The translations under genes were made by a program, and so were the position numbers. The notes beneath the pieces were generated by a model. The model saw only the letters and a program-made list of their open reading frames with translations. It ran no database searches and had not been told where the DNA came from. From an uncultured Verrucomicrobiae bacterium (lineage in GTDB: Bacteria; Verrucomicrobiota; Verrucomicrobiia; Palsa-1439), in NCBI GenBank assembly GCA_963812605.1, contig CAWEWF010000006.1, positions 96,001 through 160,000 on the forward strand: DNA of 64,000 nucleotides, read 5' to 3'. Numbering within the stretch: position 1 is the stretch's first letter; every line of letters begins with the position of its first letter. This document shows, piece after piece, positions 18,434 through 28,489 of this stretch.

Positions 18434-20069
18434 GTGCCATTGGAGGTTCGTTCATTACTTCTTGCACCTTGAGTTTTAACGCATCCGTAGTCACCGGTTT
18501 TTGGAGAAAAGGAATTTGTTTGTCGAACATCCCGTTGCGAATGCCAAGTTTCTGAGGGTAGGCGGAACAGAACAGGATTTTGGTTGTGGGAAAGCGCGAT
18601 CCAACCTTGAAAGCCAATTCCTTGCCACCCATAACTGGCATTACCAAGTCCGTCAATAGAAGATCGATTCTTTGTTCACTAGAACGCTCCAAGATCCGAA
18701 GAGCTTGCTCGCCGTTTTCTGCCTCGAGGACGGTGCACCCCATTTCCCGCAATATCGAAGTCATGAATTCCCGTATCACCTGTTCATCTTCCGCTACCAG
18801 CACGGTGGCAGGGCTCCGAGAAGAATCGGGCGACTCAGAAGACGCCGTTCCAATCAAAGCCTCTTGCTCAGCCTTCCTGTCGATAGCCCGATCGGGGTCA
18901 ATCGATTGATTGAGTTTTGGGGATTGTATTCGGGGCAAGTAGATCGCGAATGAAGTGCCCTTGCCCGGTTCGCTATGAACGACGATGTGGCCGCCGCTTT
19001 GGTGGATTGTTCCGTAGCATGTAGACAAGCCAAGACCCGTGCCCTTGCCGGGCTCCTTCGTCGTAAAGAATGGCTCGAACAAGTGTTTCCGTATTTCTTC
19101 TGTCATACGGTGCCCGTGTCCGTGACCTTGAGCATTATGTAATCGCCAAATGGAACCCCGGCATAGTGATTGATATTGTTTTGCGTAACGGTCAGATTGG
19201 CTGTGGCTACGGTAAGCGTTCCTCCGCTGGGCATGGCATCCCGCGCATTAATGACCAGGTTAATGACGACCTGTTCCAGGCTGTTTACATCGACCTCACA
19301 CCATCCAAGATCAGATTCTACGAGCGTAACAAATTGAATGCTGCTGCCCAACAACGGCGTCAGCATGGGCTTCATCGCGCTAATCGTAGCGCCAAGATTC
19401 AATGCCCCGGTTTTTAATTCCTGTTTGCGACTAAATGCCAAGAGACGTACCACGAGGGAACGCGCCTGGTCAGCTGCACTTTGAATATGCTGGAGCTTCG
19501 CACGTTGCAATGCACTTAGATCCTTCTCTCTAATCAGCAATTGAGATTGACCGAGGATGACAGTGAGGACGTTTTTGAAATCATGGGCAGCGCCGGCAGC
19601 CAAACGACCCATTGCTTCCATTTTTTGTGCCTGCCGTAATCGGTCTTCGCTTTGTTGTAATGCCAATTGGACCCGCCGTTGTTCCCGGCGGATATCTGCT
19701 TCCTGGAGTCTCCTGCTGAACAACGGGAGCGAGACGCGTCAAGTTGCTTTTCATGACGTAGTCGTGAGCTCCCCGTTTCATGGCCAATACTGCGGTCTCC
19801 TCGCCAACCGTGGCGGATACTAGAATAAATGGAATGTCGCGCCCGACCTCCTTGAAAACCTGAAGCGCCGCCAATCCGTCAAAATTTGGCATATGGAAAT
19901 CGCTGATAACGATCTGCCAATCCTCACTTTGTAATGCCGCTCGTAGGGTGGCCGCATCGTCTACGCGCTTATGCTGCGGTTCAAAGCCGTTTTTCTTGAG
20001 TTGGCGCAAGAGGAGGAAAACGTCTTTTTCTGAATCGTCTACAAACAGGACTCGCAGGGGTTCGCTCAT
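18417..20069 (-). pseudogene. Hybrid histidine kinase (REC-HisKA-HATPase-REC), 2 frameshifts
   Basis: REC (20069-19720), AHDFKN H-box and NLVINARDAMP (19723-19103), FEPFFTTK..GTGLGL plus REC (19106-18417). Confidence 0.85.
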
Positions 20070-22021
20070 TTACGTAGTTTCTCCTGCGGCCCCGGCCCGA
20101 CTTTGTTCGCAACGGCCAGCGTAAAACAAAATGTTGCGCCGTGGTCAATCGCGGCCGAGGCCCAAATTTTGCCGCCGTGGCGAGCGATGACACGCTGAAC
20201 TGTCGCGAGACCGATGCCGGTGCCTTGAAAGTCGGAAGCTTTGTGTAGTCGCTTGAAAGGCGAAAATAACTTTTGCGCCTGCTGCATATCAAAGCCGGCG
20301 CCATCATCGCGAACGTAGAAAACCTGTTCACCGTTTGATTGCAATAACGAGCCGACTTCGATACGCGCGCGCGGTTGCTTGGAAGTGAACTTCCAGGCGT
20401 TATTGAGGAGGTTCTCCAATACGACGCGGAGGAGCTGCGGATCGGCTTCCGCGATTAGGTCGTTGGCGATCACGAAATCAACCGCTCGCTCCGGTGCGCT
20501 CGCCTTCAGATGATCAGCAATGTCGGCTGCCATCAGACTCAAATCGACTTCTTGGCGGAACATTTCGGTGCGCATCATTTTGGAAAGGGCCAGCAAGGCG
20601 TCAATAATCTCGCCCATTTGATGACAACTATTGCGGACGTGTTTCAGATGGTCCAATCCCTCTGTGTCCAAGCGGTCAGCGTAGTCCTCGATGAGGACCT
20701 GACTGAAGCCATCTATATTTTGCAATGGGGAACGAAGATCGTGGGATACGGAATAGCTGAAGGCTTCGAGTTCTTTATTGGCCGCTTCCAGCTCCGCGGC
20801 GCGTTGTCCGAGTTCTTCATTGAGATGAATGACTTTTTGTTCGGTTTGTTTACGCTCGCTGATGTCGCGAAGGGCGCTGGTGACGAGGATGCCTTGTTCG
20901 GTCTCCAGCGGTTTCATGGAGATTTCGATGGGCAATTCGCGCCCATCTTTGTGGATGGCGCTCAATTCGATACTCGTGCCCATCATCTGCTCACCGCGAT
21001 TGCCAAAGTAAATAGCGTACTGCTGCAGGTAGGTTTTCCGATAGCGCTCGGGGACAAGGATGGCAACGGTTTGACCGGCAAGGTCCTGGGAGGTGTAGCC
21101 GAGCAGTTTTTCCGTGTGGGAATTGCTGACGACAATTTTACCCTCCTTGTTAACGATCACGATTGCGTCTGGTGAGGATTCGAGAAAGCCGTTTAGTTTT
21201 TCCCCGAGCTTGCCGTTCTCCAGCATCAACCAATAGGTGGTGAAGCTGCATAATAGCAAAACAACGGAGGCCAGCGAACCGGCCTCGACCAAGGCCACTT
21301 TGACAATATGCGCGTGCTGTGACGCGGCGGTGGTTTGGACGACAATCTGGGTTTGGGCAGCCTGGTCCAACACCTGAAGCTTGGCCGCAATGGTTTGCAT
21401 GCTGTCGTACCCCTGATCGGCGAACCCGCGTTGTCCGACGGCCCGAAAAACATTTTTGTTACCTAGGTCCACCATTTGTTTGAGCACGGCCAGATGGGCG
21501 AGGATTAGATTGTTGAGTTCTTCGAACTGCTTGGAAGTGGCGGCTGTTCCACGCAACATGTTCTGGAGGTTTTCGAGTTCAGGACGCACGGATTGTACCG
21601 CACCGTAATACTGATCTAGGTGCGATTGCTTGCCGGAGATGGCAAAGCCACGGGCGCCGCTTTCGGCTTCGTGCAAGGTGGCGGTCAGGGAATGCAGGTC
21701 GAGAAGTAATTGTCCTGTGCGTCCAATTGCATTACGTATCTCCTGTTCCTGAGCAAAATTATCAAAGACGCGCTGACCTAAGGAAACCAGTGCGTAAATT
21801 GTGCCGAAAAGAACTGCAGCGGGAAGCAAAATACTCCGGCAACGTTCTCGTATTCGTGGCTTCTTCGCTCGCGGGGTTAGCTGAGTCTGGGCAACTCTAG
21901 GAACAGCAGGAAGGGCTTCGTTCGCGGTCGGCGGCGACCCGATCCTAGCCCCGTCCGGCACGCTGGACTTTGCGCCCTCGACAAACACATCTCTATTCTG
22001 TAGTTCCTCAGTAAGATTCAA
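20066..22021 (-). CDS. Sensor histidine kinase (CHASE3-PAS-HisKA-HATPase)
   Basis: AESGARGF CHASE3, PAS, SHDLRSPL, NLLNNAWKF, GTGIGLA. Confidence 0.9.
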   Translation of the reverse strand: MNLTEELQNRDVFVEGAKSSVPDGARIGSPPTANEALPAVPRVAQTQLTPRAKKPRIRERCRSILLPAAVLFGTIYALVSLGQRVFDNFAQEQEIRNAIGRTGQLLLDLHSLTATLHEAESGARGFAISGKQSHLDQYYGAVQSVRPELENLQNMLRGTAATSKQFEELNNLILAHLAVLKQMVDLGNKNVFRAVGQRGFADQGYDSMQTIAAKLQVLDQAAQTQIVVQTTAASQHAHIVKVALVEAGSLASVVLLLCSFTTYWLMLENGKLGEKLNGFLESSPDAIVIVNKEGKIVVSNSHTEKLLGYTSQDLAGQTVAILVPERYRKTYLQQYAIYFGNRGEQMMGTSIELSAIHKDGRELPIEISMKPLETEQGILVTSALRDISERKQTEQKVIHLNEELGQRAAELEAANKELEAFSYSVSHDLRSPLQNIDGFSQVLIEDYADRLDTEGLDHLKHVRNSCHQMGEIIDALLALSKMMRTEMFRQEVDLSLMAADIADHLKASAPERAVDFVIANDLIAEADPQLLRVVLENLLNNAWKFTSKQPRARIEVGSLLQSNGEQVFYVRDDGAGFDMQQAQKLFSPFKRLHKASDFQGTGIGLATVQRVIARHGGKIWASAAIDHGATFCFTLAVANKVGPGPQEKLRK

Positions 22022-22320
22022 ATGCGTGATCCTCTGGCGGTTGAATAGCCTAATTCATGCCAGAAAACCTTCGACGACAGACCTTTGCGCTAGGAAAAAC
22101 GCCTAGGAACCTCATAATTAATATGCTCCGCCTGACTAGGTACGAACTGTCCACTAGATCCCGCAACTTCGGCATGCGGATATCTCTCATCCAACCCGAA
22201 TTTTTTAACATTATCGGTTTAGCGAAAAAAGGGTGGCGACGAGGTTGATAATTCTAAATTGGGGTCTACCTCAACCTTTACCGGCTTGAATTAACCTATT
22301 AGTCGGACGAGATTGGGCGA

Positions 22321-23043
22321 ATGTGCGGTCGCTTCACTCTGTCCGCTGACTTGAAGAAAGTGGCCGAGCGTTTTGGCGCGCCTCCATTGCCTGAGTGGGG
22401 TTCGTCCCCGCCGCTGGACCCAATACCAGGTCATCTCAGTACTACTTTGGGGCCGCGCTACAACATCGCGCCGACGCAATCCGTGATTGTGGTGGGTGAT
22501 GACGGCAAACGGTACCTGAAGCCGATGCGATGGGGGCTGATACCGAGTTGGGTGAAGGATCCGGCAATCGGAAATCGGATGATCAATGCCCGCGCCGAGA
22601 CCATTGCCGAGAAACCCGCGTTCCGTGCAGCGCTGAGGAAGCGTCGCTGCCTCATTCCCGCCGACGGATTCTTCGAGTGGCAGAAGCTCGGCAAACTGAA
22701 GCAGCCTGTCCGCATCGTATTGAAAAACCGTGAGACGTTTGGATTCGCTGGATTGTGGGAGAAGTGGAAATCACCCGAAGGCGAAGAAATCACATCATGC
22801 ACCATAATTACGACCGAAGCCAACGAGCTGCTCAAAACAGTCCATGATCGCATGCCCGTAATTCTCACACGTGAAGATGAGGCGGTATGGCTTGATCCCA
22901 AAACCCAGGAAACTGAGAAGTTGCTGCCGTTACTGAAGCAGTATCCGTCCGACAAGATGGAATTTTACCCTGTGTCACGAGACGTAAATTCGCCAGCCGT
23001 TGACAAACCGAGCAATATCGAGCCGATTAAAGATGGCCTGTGA
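22321..23043 (+). CDS. SOS response-associated peptidase (SRAP/YedK/HMCES family)
   Basis: N-terminal MCGRF, RYNIAP, WGLIP, INARAET, HDRMP. Confidence 0.93.
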   Translation: MCGRFTLSADLKKVAERFGAPPLPEWGSSPPLDPIPGHLSTTLGPRYNIAPTQSVIVVGDDGKRYLKPMRWGLIPSWVKDPAIGNRMINARAETIAEKPAFRAALRKRRCLIPADGFFEWQKLGKLKQPVRIVLKNRETFGFAGLWEKWKSPEGEEITSCTIITTEANELLKTVHDRMPVILTREDEAVWLDPKTQETEKLLPLLKQYPSDKMEFYPVSRDVNSPAVDKPSNIEPIKDGL

Positions 23044-23646
23044 TGCTTCGGAGTTTTATCGAATGGTGTACGCACAAGGTGCCGACGCTTGTGCCGGGAT
23101 CTCGCGTTGTTATGCTGAATAAGCAAATACAGTGACCGCGGTTGGTGGATTGGCAAGCGCTATTGACGGAGAGATTCCGTAGGAATACGATGCTCTGCGA
23201 TGTTTTGAAGCTATGATGAAGGTAGCGCATGAACCAACGCACGACACTCCTAACCTGTAGCTGCCTGGAATTTACCAAACCAGTTTCATGGTTTAAGAAG
23301 GTCAGCTTCAAATGCCCTACCTGTGATGGCCTGATTGACGACAAGCTGCTCCAGGAATTAGCAACAGCAGGAGCGGCAATCCTGCGTCGGCAACTCCTAT
23401 GAAACAGCATTCTCGCATCAAAGCCCTGTCGAACCGTTAGCGCGACAAGGGAGCCGCCTTCTACGCGGGCAAGACATTCATGGTTGTGAGCTGGGAAAAA
23501 CGGCGAACGACCGGAATTTAGAATTGATCGAAACATAAATGACCGAAAGGAGCGAAGGTGAAAAGAATATTGCGATTGTTTGCGTGCTTCGACTTTGGGA
23601 TTGCTGGCGGCAAGTAAGCGCTGGTGTGCAGTTGGTTACGCCGCGC

Positions 23647-24189
23647 TCATTGGTGTTGACCGCCCCGTGACAAGATCTCCCATTTCTTCAGATCGAATTC
23701 GGATTGGCTCGATAGCCCGCTTTGATGCGCCCGATAAAGCGCTAGGACTTGGTCGATTGCTTCTGCTTGTTTGTCCTTTGGCTTGCCCCGCATCGCGACT
23801 TTGGCACGCGACAACTCACTTGCAGTCAAGGCACCCACTCGGACCAACGCAACCAGTCCTTCCGGCCCCTTGGTGGCTTCTGTTGGCGGGACAGCACCGT
23901 CCAACTTGTCGGTTGGCTCCTTTTCTGCCCCGGGTACACCGCGAAAACGCGTCTCGGCACTGGCGCCGCCGTGATAGATCTCCATGATCTCCCGGCCGCG
24001 AGCGCTGTCAGTCGGTACTAACTGGGACCCAGAGCAGACCAAGCACAGATTCTTGCTCAGGGGCGGAATGAATGACTCACTGACAGAGCCGCAGTTGGGG
24101 CAGATGTACTCGTATCGAGCGGGGTTTCTGAGTTCATACCAGACCCCGAATATCATGCACACCACGACAGCAATGACGAAAGCCAACAT
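23647..24189 (-). CDS. Membrane-anchored hypothetical protein with zinc ribbon and SHOCT-like C-terminus
   Basis: N-terminal TM, CPNC/CLVC, L..A.QSGL.SQ.EFDLKK.EIL. Confidence 0.55.
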   Translation of the reverse strand: MLAFVIAVVVCMIFGVWYELRNPARYEYICPNCGSVSESFIPPLSKNLCLVCSGSQLVPTDSARGREIMEIYHGGASAETRFRGVPGAEKEPTDKLDGAVPPTEATKGPEGLVALVRVGALTASELSRAKVAMRGKPKDKQAEAIDQVLALYRAHQSGLSSQSEFDLKKWEILSRGGQHQ

Positions 24190-24415
24190 AGCAAGACTCC
24201 CTTTGGCAGCCGAGAACTGTAGCCGTCAACAAGAAAAGTCAGACTCTGGTATCTGTTCTCCGTGGCCAGGGTTGCTGCTAGCGCCGTACCATGAGTAGCA
24301 CAATTGTACAGGCGACTATCCCAAGCTAGGGCGATCAGTCGCTTCTCATTGCGGGTATATGCGGCTCCGCCAGAATTCTCGGAATCCCTGGAAATTTCTC
24401 TGGTGGCCATAAGAT

Positions 24416-24658
24416 TTACTCCGCCTGCGAAACCTGTATCGTTCTGCTTTCAAAGTCCTTGCCGTCAAATCGGTCAACTGCTCTTCATGCCTCCTTTTCA
24501 GTCGCCATCTCCACGAATCCAATTACCTTTGAGATGCGCGTGGGGCCGTCCGTGACTACATCGCAGGTGATGACTCTTCCTGCCCCTTCGAACAGTTGCT
24601 GTAGTTGAGAGTCGGTGGTGTCGACCGACAGACGGTGAACATGTAAAAGCGTTGACAC
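24416..24658 (-). pseudogene. RRM RNA-binding protein with an in-frame TGA
   Basis: LHVHRLSVDTTDSQLQQLF..SKVIGFVEM..EA*RAVDRFDGKDFESRTIQV. Confidence 0.7.
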
Positions 24659-24749
24659 CTGGTTTTCTTTTCCTCTCTTTGTGGAAGGATAGAGGATCGA
24701 CCGATTCTGCGCCATTGGGGGAAATCCGAAAGTGTTTTAGGAAGTAGGC

Positions 24750-25223
24750 CTAGATGCTGCGTGGCTTCCCCGCCCGAGGCACCCGCAATGTGTATCCGTT
24801 GCCATTTTCCCAGCGCCAGTGATAAAAAGGAGTGAAGGTCAGTCCCCCAGCGATAAACCCGACGACATCATTCGTCCGCCGGGATTTGAAAAATGAACCA
24901 TGTCCGCAATCGTGGAAGATGATGAAGATACGAACCACGAATCCGCCCGCCAACACTACTAGCGGCACTGTCAGCCAGACGGAAATCGCCAGGCTGCGAT
25001 ACATGTGGTACCAAAGTAGAGCATAGCCGCCGAAGGTGTTGACGATTAGCCAGACAGCGCGCACCGTCGACGGGTGCTGGCAGCGCTCCGCAATTTCCTT
25101 CCAAACGGGTGTTTCCGACAGATCTTGTTTGGCGTCGCATGTGTGTCTCGACCTTCTAAAGGTACTCCAAGACGACAGGAACTGCAATTCGAGGCAGTTC
25201 AACGTTACGACTGCTGCTGCCAA
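24750..25223 (-). pseudogene. Fatty-acid desaturase N-terminal fragment fused to a DnaE2 C-terminal remnant
   Basis: FIIFHDCGHGSF His box, ends at HWRWE, then ENGNGYTLRVPRAGKPRSI. Confidence 0.75.
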
Positions 25224-25811
25224 ATCGCATCCCTAGCCATGTCATTGCCCCCGCGCCGTTAGGCAGTTCGGCTGAACATCCACAGGCAACTGAGGAATAA
25301 TATTAACCCAATCAATACTACCAAGCCTTTCTGGGAGCGAATGGACAGAGTCGATGTTGGGTTTGAAAAAACACCCAGCAAGTGGTTGTATCCGGCAGTC
25401 TCGGATTTGCCTTGCACTCGGTTCCTACAGACAATCACCCAAACCGGAGCGATCAGCCGCTCCTCGGCGCGAGTAGATGCGGCTCGGTCAGAATTTCCGG
25501 ACTTCTTTGTTGTTGGCATACGGCTTCCTCCCCACCCGCGTTTCACTTTGAGGACCCGCCCTTCTTGAGGCGTATTGCGCATGCAAGTATGACCATTTCT
25601 GAAAAACTGTCAATCTAACAATCGTCCTGCAAGGCACAATTTTACTGCCTTAACAGCCGATGCGCCGCCATAGCCCAGTATTCATAGCAACGATTCCGGG
25701 CAGTTCGCTCCTTGCCCACCACTGCCGAATGGCGTTTAGCGCAACCAAATTTGAGCCAATGGACTTTCGCTGTTGTTGGCGGTAGACTTTAAGAAGAAAG
25801 AGAGGTTTTCT

Positions 25812-26048
25812 ATGAAGAATCCTACCGAAGAACAAGTCAGGAAACGCGCTTATGAAATTTACATGAGACAGGAAAACCATGGAAAAGACGTGGACAACTG
25901 GCTGGAGGCCGAACGCGAACTCAAGCTAATGTCAGAAGTTGACGCACCAGAAGCAACCGTTGCGAAACGAGAATCGACCAGAGGGGGCGAAGATGTGAAC
26001 GCCACAGTCAGTTCAGGACGGAAGGGAGAATTCAAGAAAGGGTTCTGA
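25812..26048 (+). CDS. DUF2934-like small protein
   Basis: EEQVRKRAYEIY..DNWLEAEREL; GAGG RBS. Confidence 0.8.
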   Translation: MKNPTEEQVRKRAYEIYMRQENHGKDVDNWLEAERELKLMSEVDAPEATVAKRESTRGGEDVNATVSSGRKGEFKKGF

Positions 26049-26099
26049 CAGGGTGAACTTTGCTTCAATTGCGAATACCCCGCGACTATAAAGGGATCA

Positions 26100-26270
26100 G
26101 TGGCATAGCGGGTTAGACCGGAGATCTCGTGGATGTTGAGTTTTGCCATAAGAACCTGCCGATGTTTGTCGACAGTCTTGGTGCTGATACCAAGTTCCGT
26201 CGTGGTCGCGTTGTTGGTCTTGCCTTCGGCAATCAGCCATTACCAGTAACGCGAATTGGCGTGGGCAAAG
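26100..26270 (-). pseudogene. LuxR/NarL HTH C-terminal remnant
   Basis: LIAEGKTN..ELGISTKTVDKHRQVLMAKLNIHEISGLTRYA; no receiver domain or clean start. Confidence 0.65.
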
Positions 26271-26424
26271 GAATTGAACCTGGTGGTGTGATGGGCATAA
26301 GTGCCTTGTCAGGTGAGTGTCAGGGTGATAGTTTTTGGCGAGGCAGGTTCATGGGGGAACTGACGGCTGGATCCGGCGGGAAGTATTTGGGCAATTGGCA
26401 TTATGGTTGCTACTTGATGCAATC

Positions 26425-26856
26425 ATGCCATCCACAGACCAGTCCGAGTTGACGAAGCCTTACGCTAACATTTACGAATTTAAAACGCTTCTCTTGGTGG
26501 ACGATGATCGCCAGTTGGCGGAAACTCTCCAGTGGATCCTGGCTAGCGAGAACTTCCTCGTGGAGGTTGCTCATAATGGTGATGAAGCAATGGCGAAGAT
26601 TTCAGCCAATCATTACGATGCGGTCGTCTGTGACATCATGATGCCGCAGATGAAAGGCGACGATTTTTTTCGCCAAGCCACAGAGATCCGACCGGGATTC
26701 AAAAGTCGCTTCATCTTCATGACTGGCTTTGGCAATGATCCAGAAGTCCGTTGCTTTCTGGCTAAGTCCGGCGTGAAGTGCCTGAGCAAACCATTTCCCG
26801 TCAAGAAACTGATTGAATGCGTCAGGGAACTGCTCGCCGCTCCGACCGTCTCCTAG
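26425..26856 (+). CDS. Single-domain response regulator
   Basis: LLVDDD..VVCDIMMP..FMTG..KPF. Confidence 0.85.
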   Translation: MPSTDQSELTKPYANIYEFKTLLLVDDDRQLAETLQWILASENFLVEVAHNGDEAMAKISANHYDAVVCDIMMPQMKGDDFFRQATEIRPGFKSRFIFMTGFGNDPEVRCFLAKSGVKCLSKPFPVKKLIECVRELLAAPTVS

Positions 26857-26925
26857 GCCTAATTTCAACCCGTCTGACCTGTTCGTCATGTATGCCTAGA
26901 CTACTACTCCCTGTGGACAAGGAAC

Positions 26926-27387
26926 TTGGAAGAAGTTCAAGCTGGCAAGCTGATTGCTATTTGCAGAAGCATGCCTCGCAGCAATCGAAGCAAAAAAGAT
27001 TGCGTTCTTGTCATTGACGACGAGAAAGCAATTCTCGAAACGATCAAGGACGTCGTGGAATGCTATGGTTTCAAAGTGCTTACGGCTTCCAGTGGAAAGG
27101 AAGCCATAGCTGTCTTTCGCAATAACCGGAACGACATCGGGATGGTTTTGTTAGATTACTTGCTACCCGATATGTCAGGCGAATGGATCTTTGAGAATCT
27201 GCGAGCCCTGCATCCAGGCGTACGCGTGGTTCTATTGACCGGTTGCGAAGAATCGGTGGCTGATCGAATGCTCAAAAGGGGCCTCCGGGGGTACCTTCAA
27301 AAGCCCTTTGATTTACCTGAGTTTATCCAGAGCGTTCGCGACGCAATCAATGCCCCTGCGCTAGACACAGAACAATTGCTCGCCTGA
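26926..27387 (+). CDS. Single-domain response regulator (start uncertain)
   Basis: VLVIDDE..LLDYLLPDMSG..LTG..KPF. Confidence 0.85.
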   Translation: MEEVQAGKLIAICRSMPRSNRSKKDCVLVIDDEKAILETIKDVVECYGFKVLTASSGKEAIAVFRNNRNDIGMVLLDYLLPDMSGEWIFENLRALHPGVRVVLLTGCEESVADRMLKRGLRGYLQKPFDLPEFIQSVRDAINAPALDTEQLLA

Positions 27388-27432
27388 ACAGAACATAATT
27401 CCCTCAGATCTGCGGCTATTGACTCATCTGTC

Positions 27433-27663
27433 CTAACGCTTGCCGGCCTTGCGGCCGCCTTTCCGAGAGGCTGCCTGATTCGGCTTTTTACCGCGACCCG
27501 AGCCGCCGTTCTTCTTGCCGCCGTGGTCGGTTTTATTCACGGTCGCCCATGCGCGACGTTCGGCTTCTTTCGTACTGAGGCCACGTTTTTCGTAACCTTC
27601 CTCGATATGTTCGGCCTTGCGTTTTTGTTTGTCGGTGTATTTTGCTTTGCTGCCGCGCGGCAT
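27433..27663 (-). CDS. Small basic stress-associated protein (often annotated plasmid stabilization protein)
   Basis: MPRG.K..YTDKQKRKAEHIEEGYE.RG....EAERRAWATVNK; GGAGG RBS. Confidence 0.8.
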   Translation of the reverse strand: MPRGSKAKYTDKQKRKAEHIEEGYEKRGLSTKEAERRAWATVNKTDHGGKKNGGSGRGKKPNQAASRKGGRKAGKR

Positions 27664-27757
27664 GTTGTTCCTCCTCTTTTTTGTCCGTGCGCAAGTCCTG
27701 AAAGCGCTGTGCTCTTTCAGCTTTGGTCTAGCACCCACTTTAGACCGCCCAGTTTTT

Positions 27758-28258
27758 TTAGACCTGCGCCTCCGCTTGATTGTAAGCGTTCTCATTCACG
27801 GATAAGGCGATTTCGCTGAGCTTCTCATCTGCCGCGCTCTCTTCTTTGAGCGTTTGCTGTAATAATTCTTCTCCCTTGACGTCCCCTAGTTGCTTCGCGA
27901 AGGCAACCAGCGTACCGTAGGCCGCGATTTCATAATGTTCCACGCGTTGTGCCGCGCCAATCAGCCCCGCATCCTTCAAGGCGCCTTCGCCGTCCTCGTC
28001 GATCATCTCGCTGCCTTCTTTGACGAGTCCTTTCATTGCATTGCAGGTTTTCGCCTCGGGCTTCATGCCGAGGTTAGCGAACACCTGCTCGATGCGCTTA
28101 ACATGGCCTTCGGTTTCGGAGAGATGCGATACAAATGCCGTCCGTAGTTGTGTCGAACTGGATGCCTCCGCCATTTTGGGCAATGCCTTCACAAGTTGTT
28201 GCTCGGCATCGTACACATCCATCAACTCATCCAGGTACAAATCTCGGAAGTTTTCCAT
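27758..28258 (-). CDS. YciE/YciF ferritin-like protein (DUF892), copy 1
   Basis: ELMDVYDAEQQL..HLSETEGHV..AAQRVEHYEIAAYG. Confidence 0.9.
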   Translation of the reverse strand: MENFRDLYLDELMDVYDAEQQLVKALPKMAEASSSTQLRTAFVSHLSETEGHVKRIEQVFANLGMKPEAKTCNAMKGLVKEGSEMIDEDGEGALKDAGLIGAAQRVEHYEIAAYGTLVAFAKQLGDVKGEELLQQTLKEESAADEKLSEIALSVNENAYNQAEAQV

Positions 28259-28489
28259 GACTGAATCCCCTTGTTAATATTTGTTTCTAAGTTCATCAGC
28301 ATTATTGATGACATGGGCAGGTGTGACAATCCGTCGGGACGCCGTTTTTCTGCTAAGAAGAAAGCAATTTTAGCTCTAGGAGATGCGCCTAAAATGCGTC
28401 CGTTTCCTCCAATCCCGATCAAAGAAAGAGAACCTCAATGAGAACGCAAAATGCTAAAAGCATCTCGTGCCAGCCTCTGGAATGGGGGG

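Noticed and set aside
24485-24487. Selenocysteine or recoded TGA in the RRM gene
   Set aside because: Not a Cys-type position, the RRM motifs are degenerate, and TGA is a normal stop elsewhere in the window.
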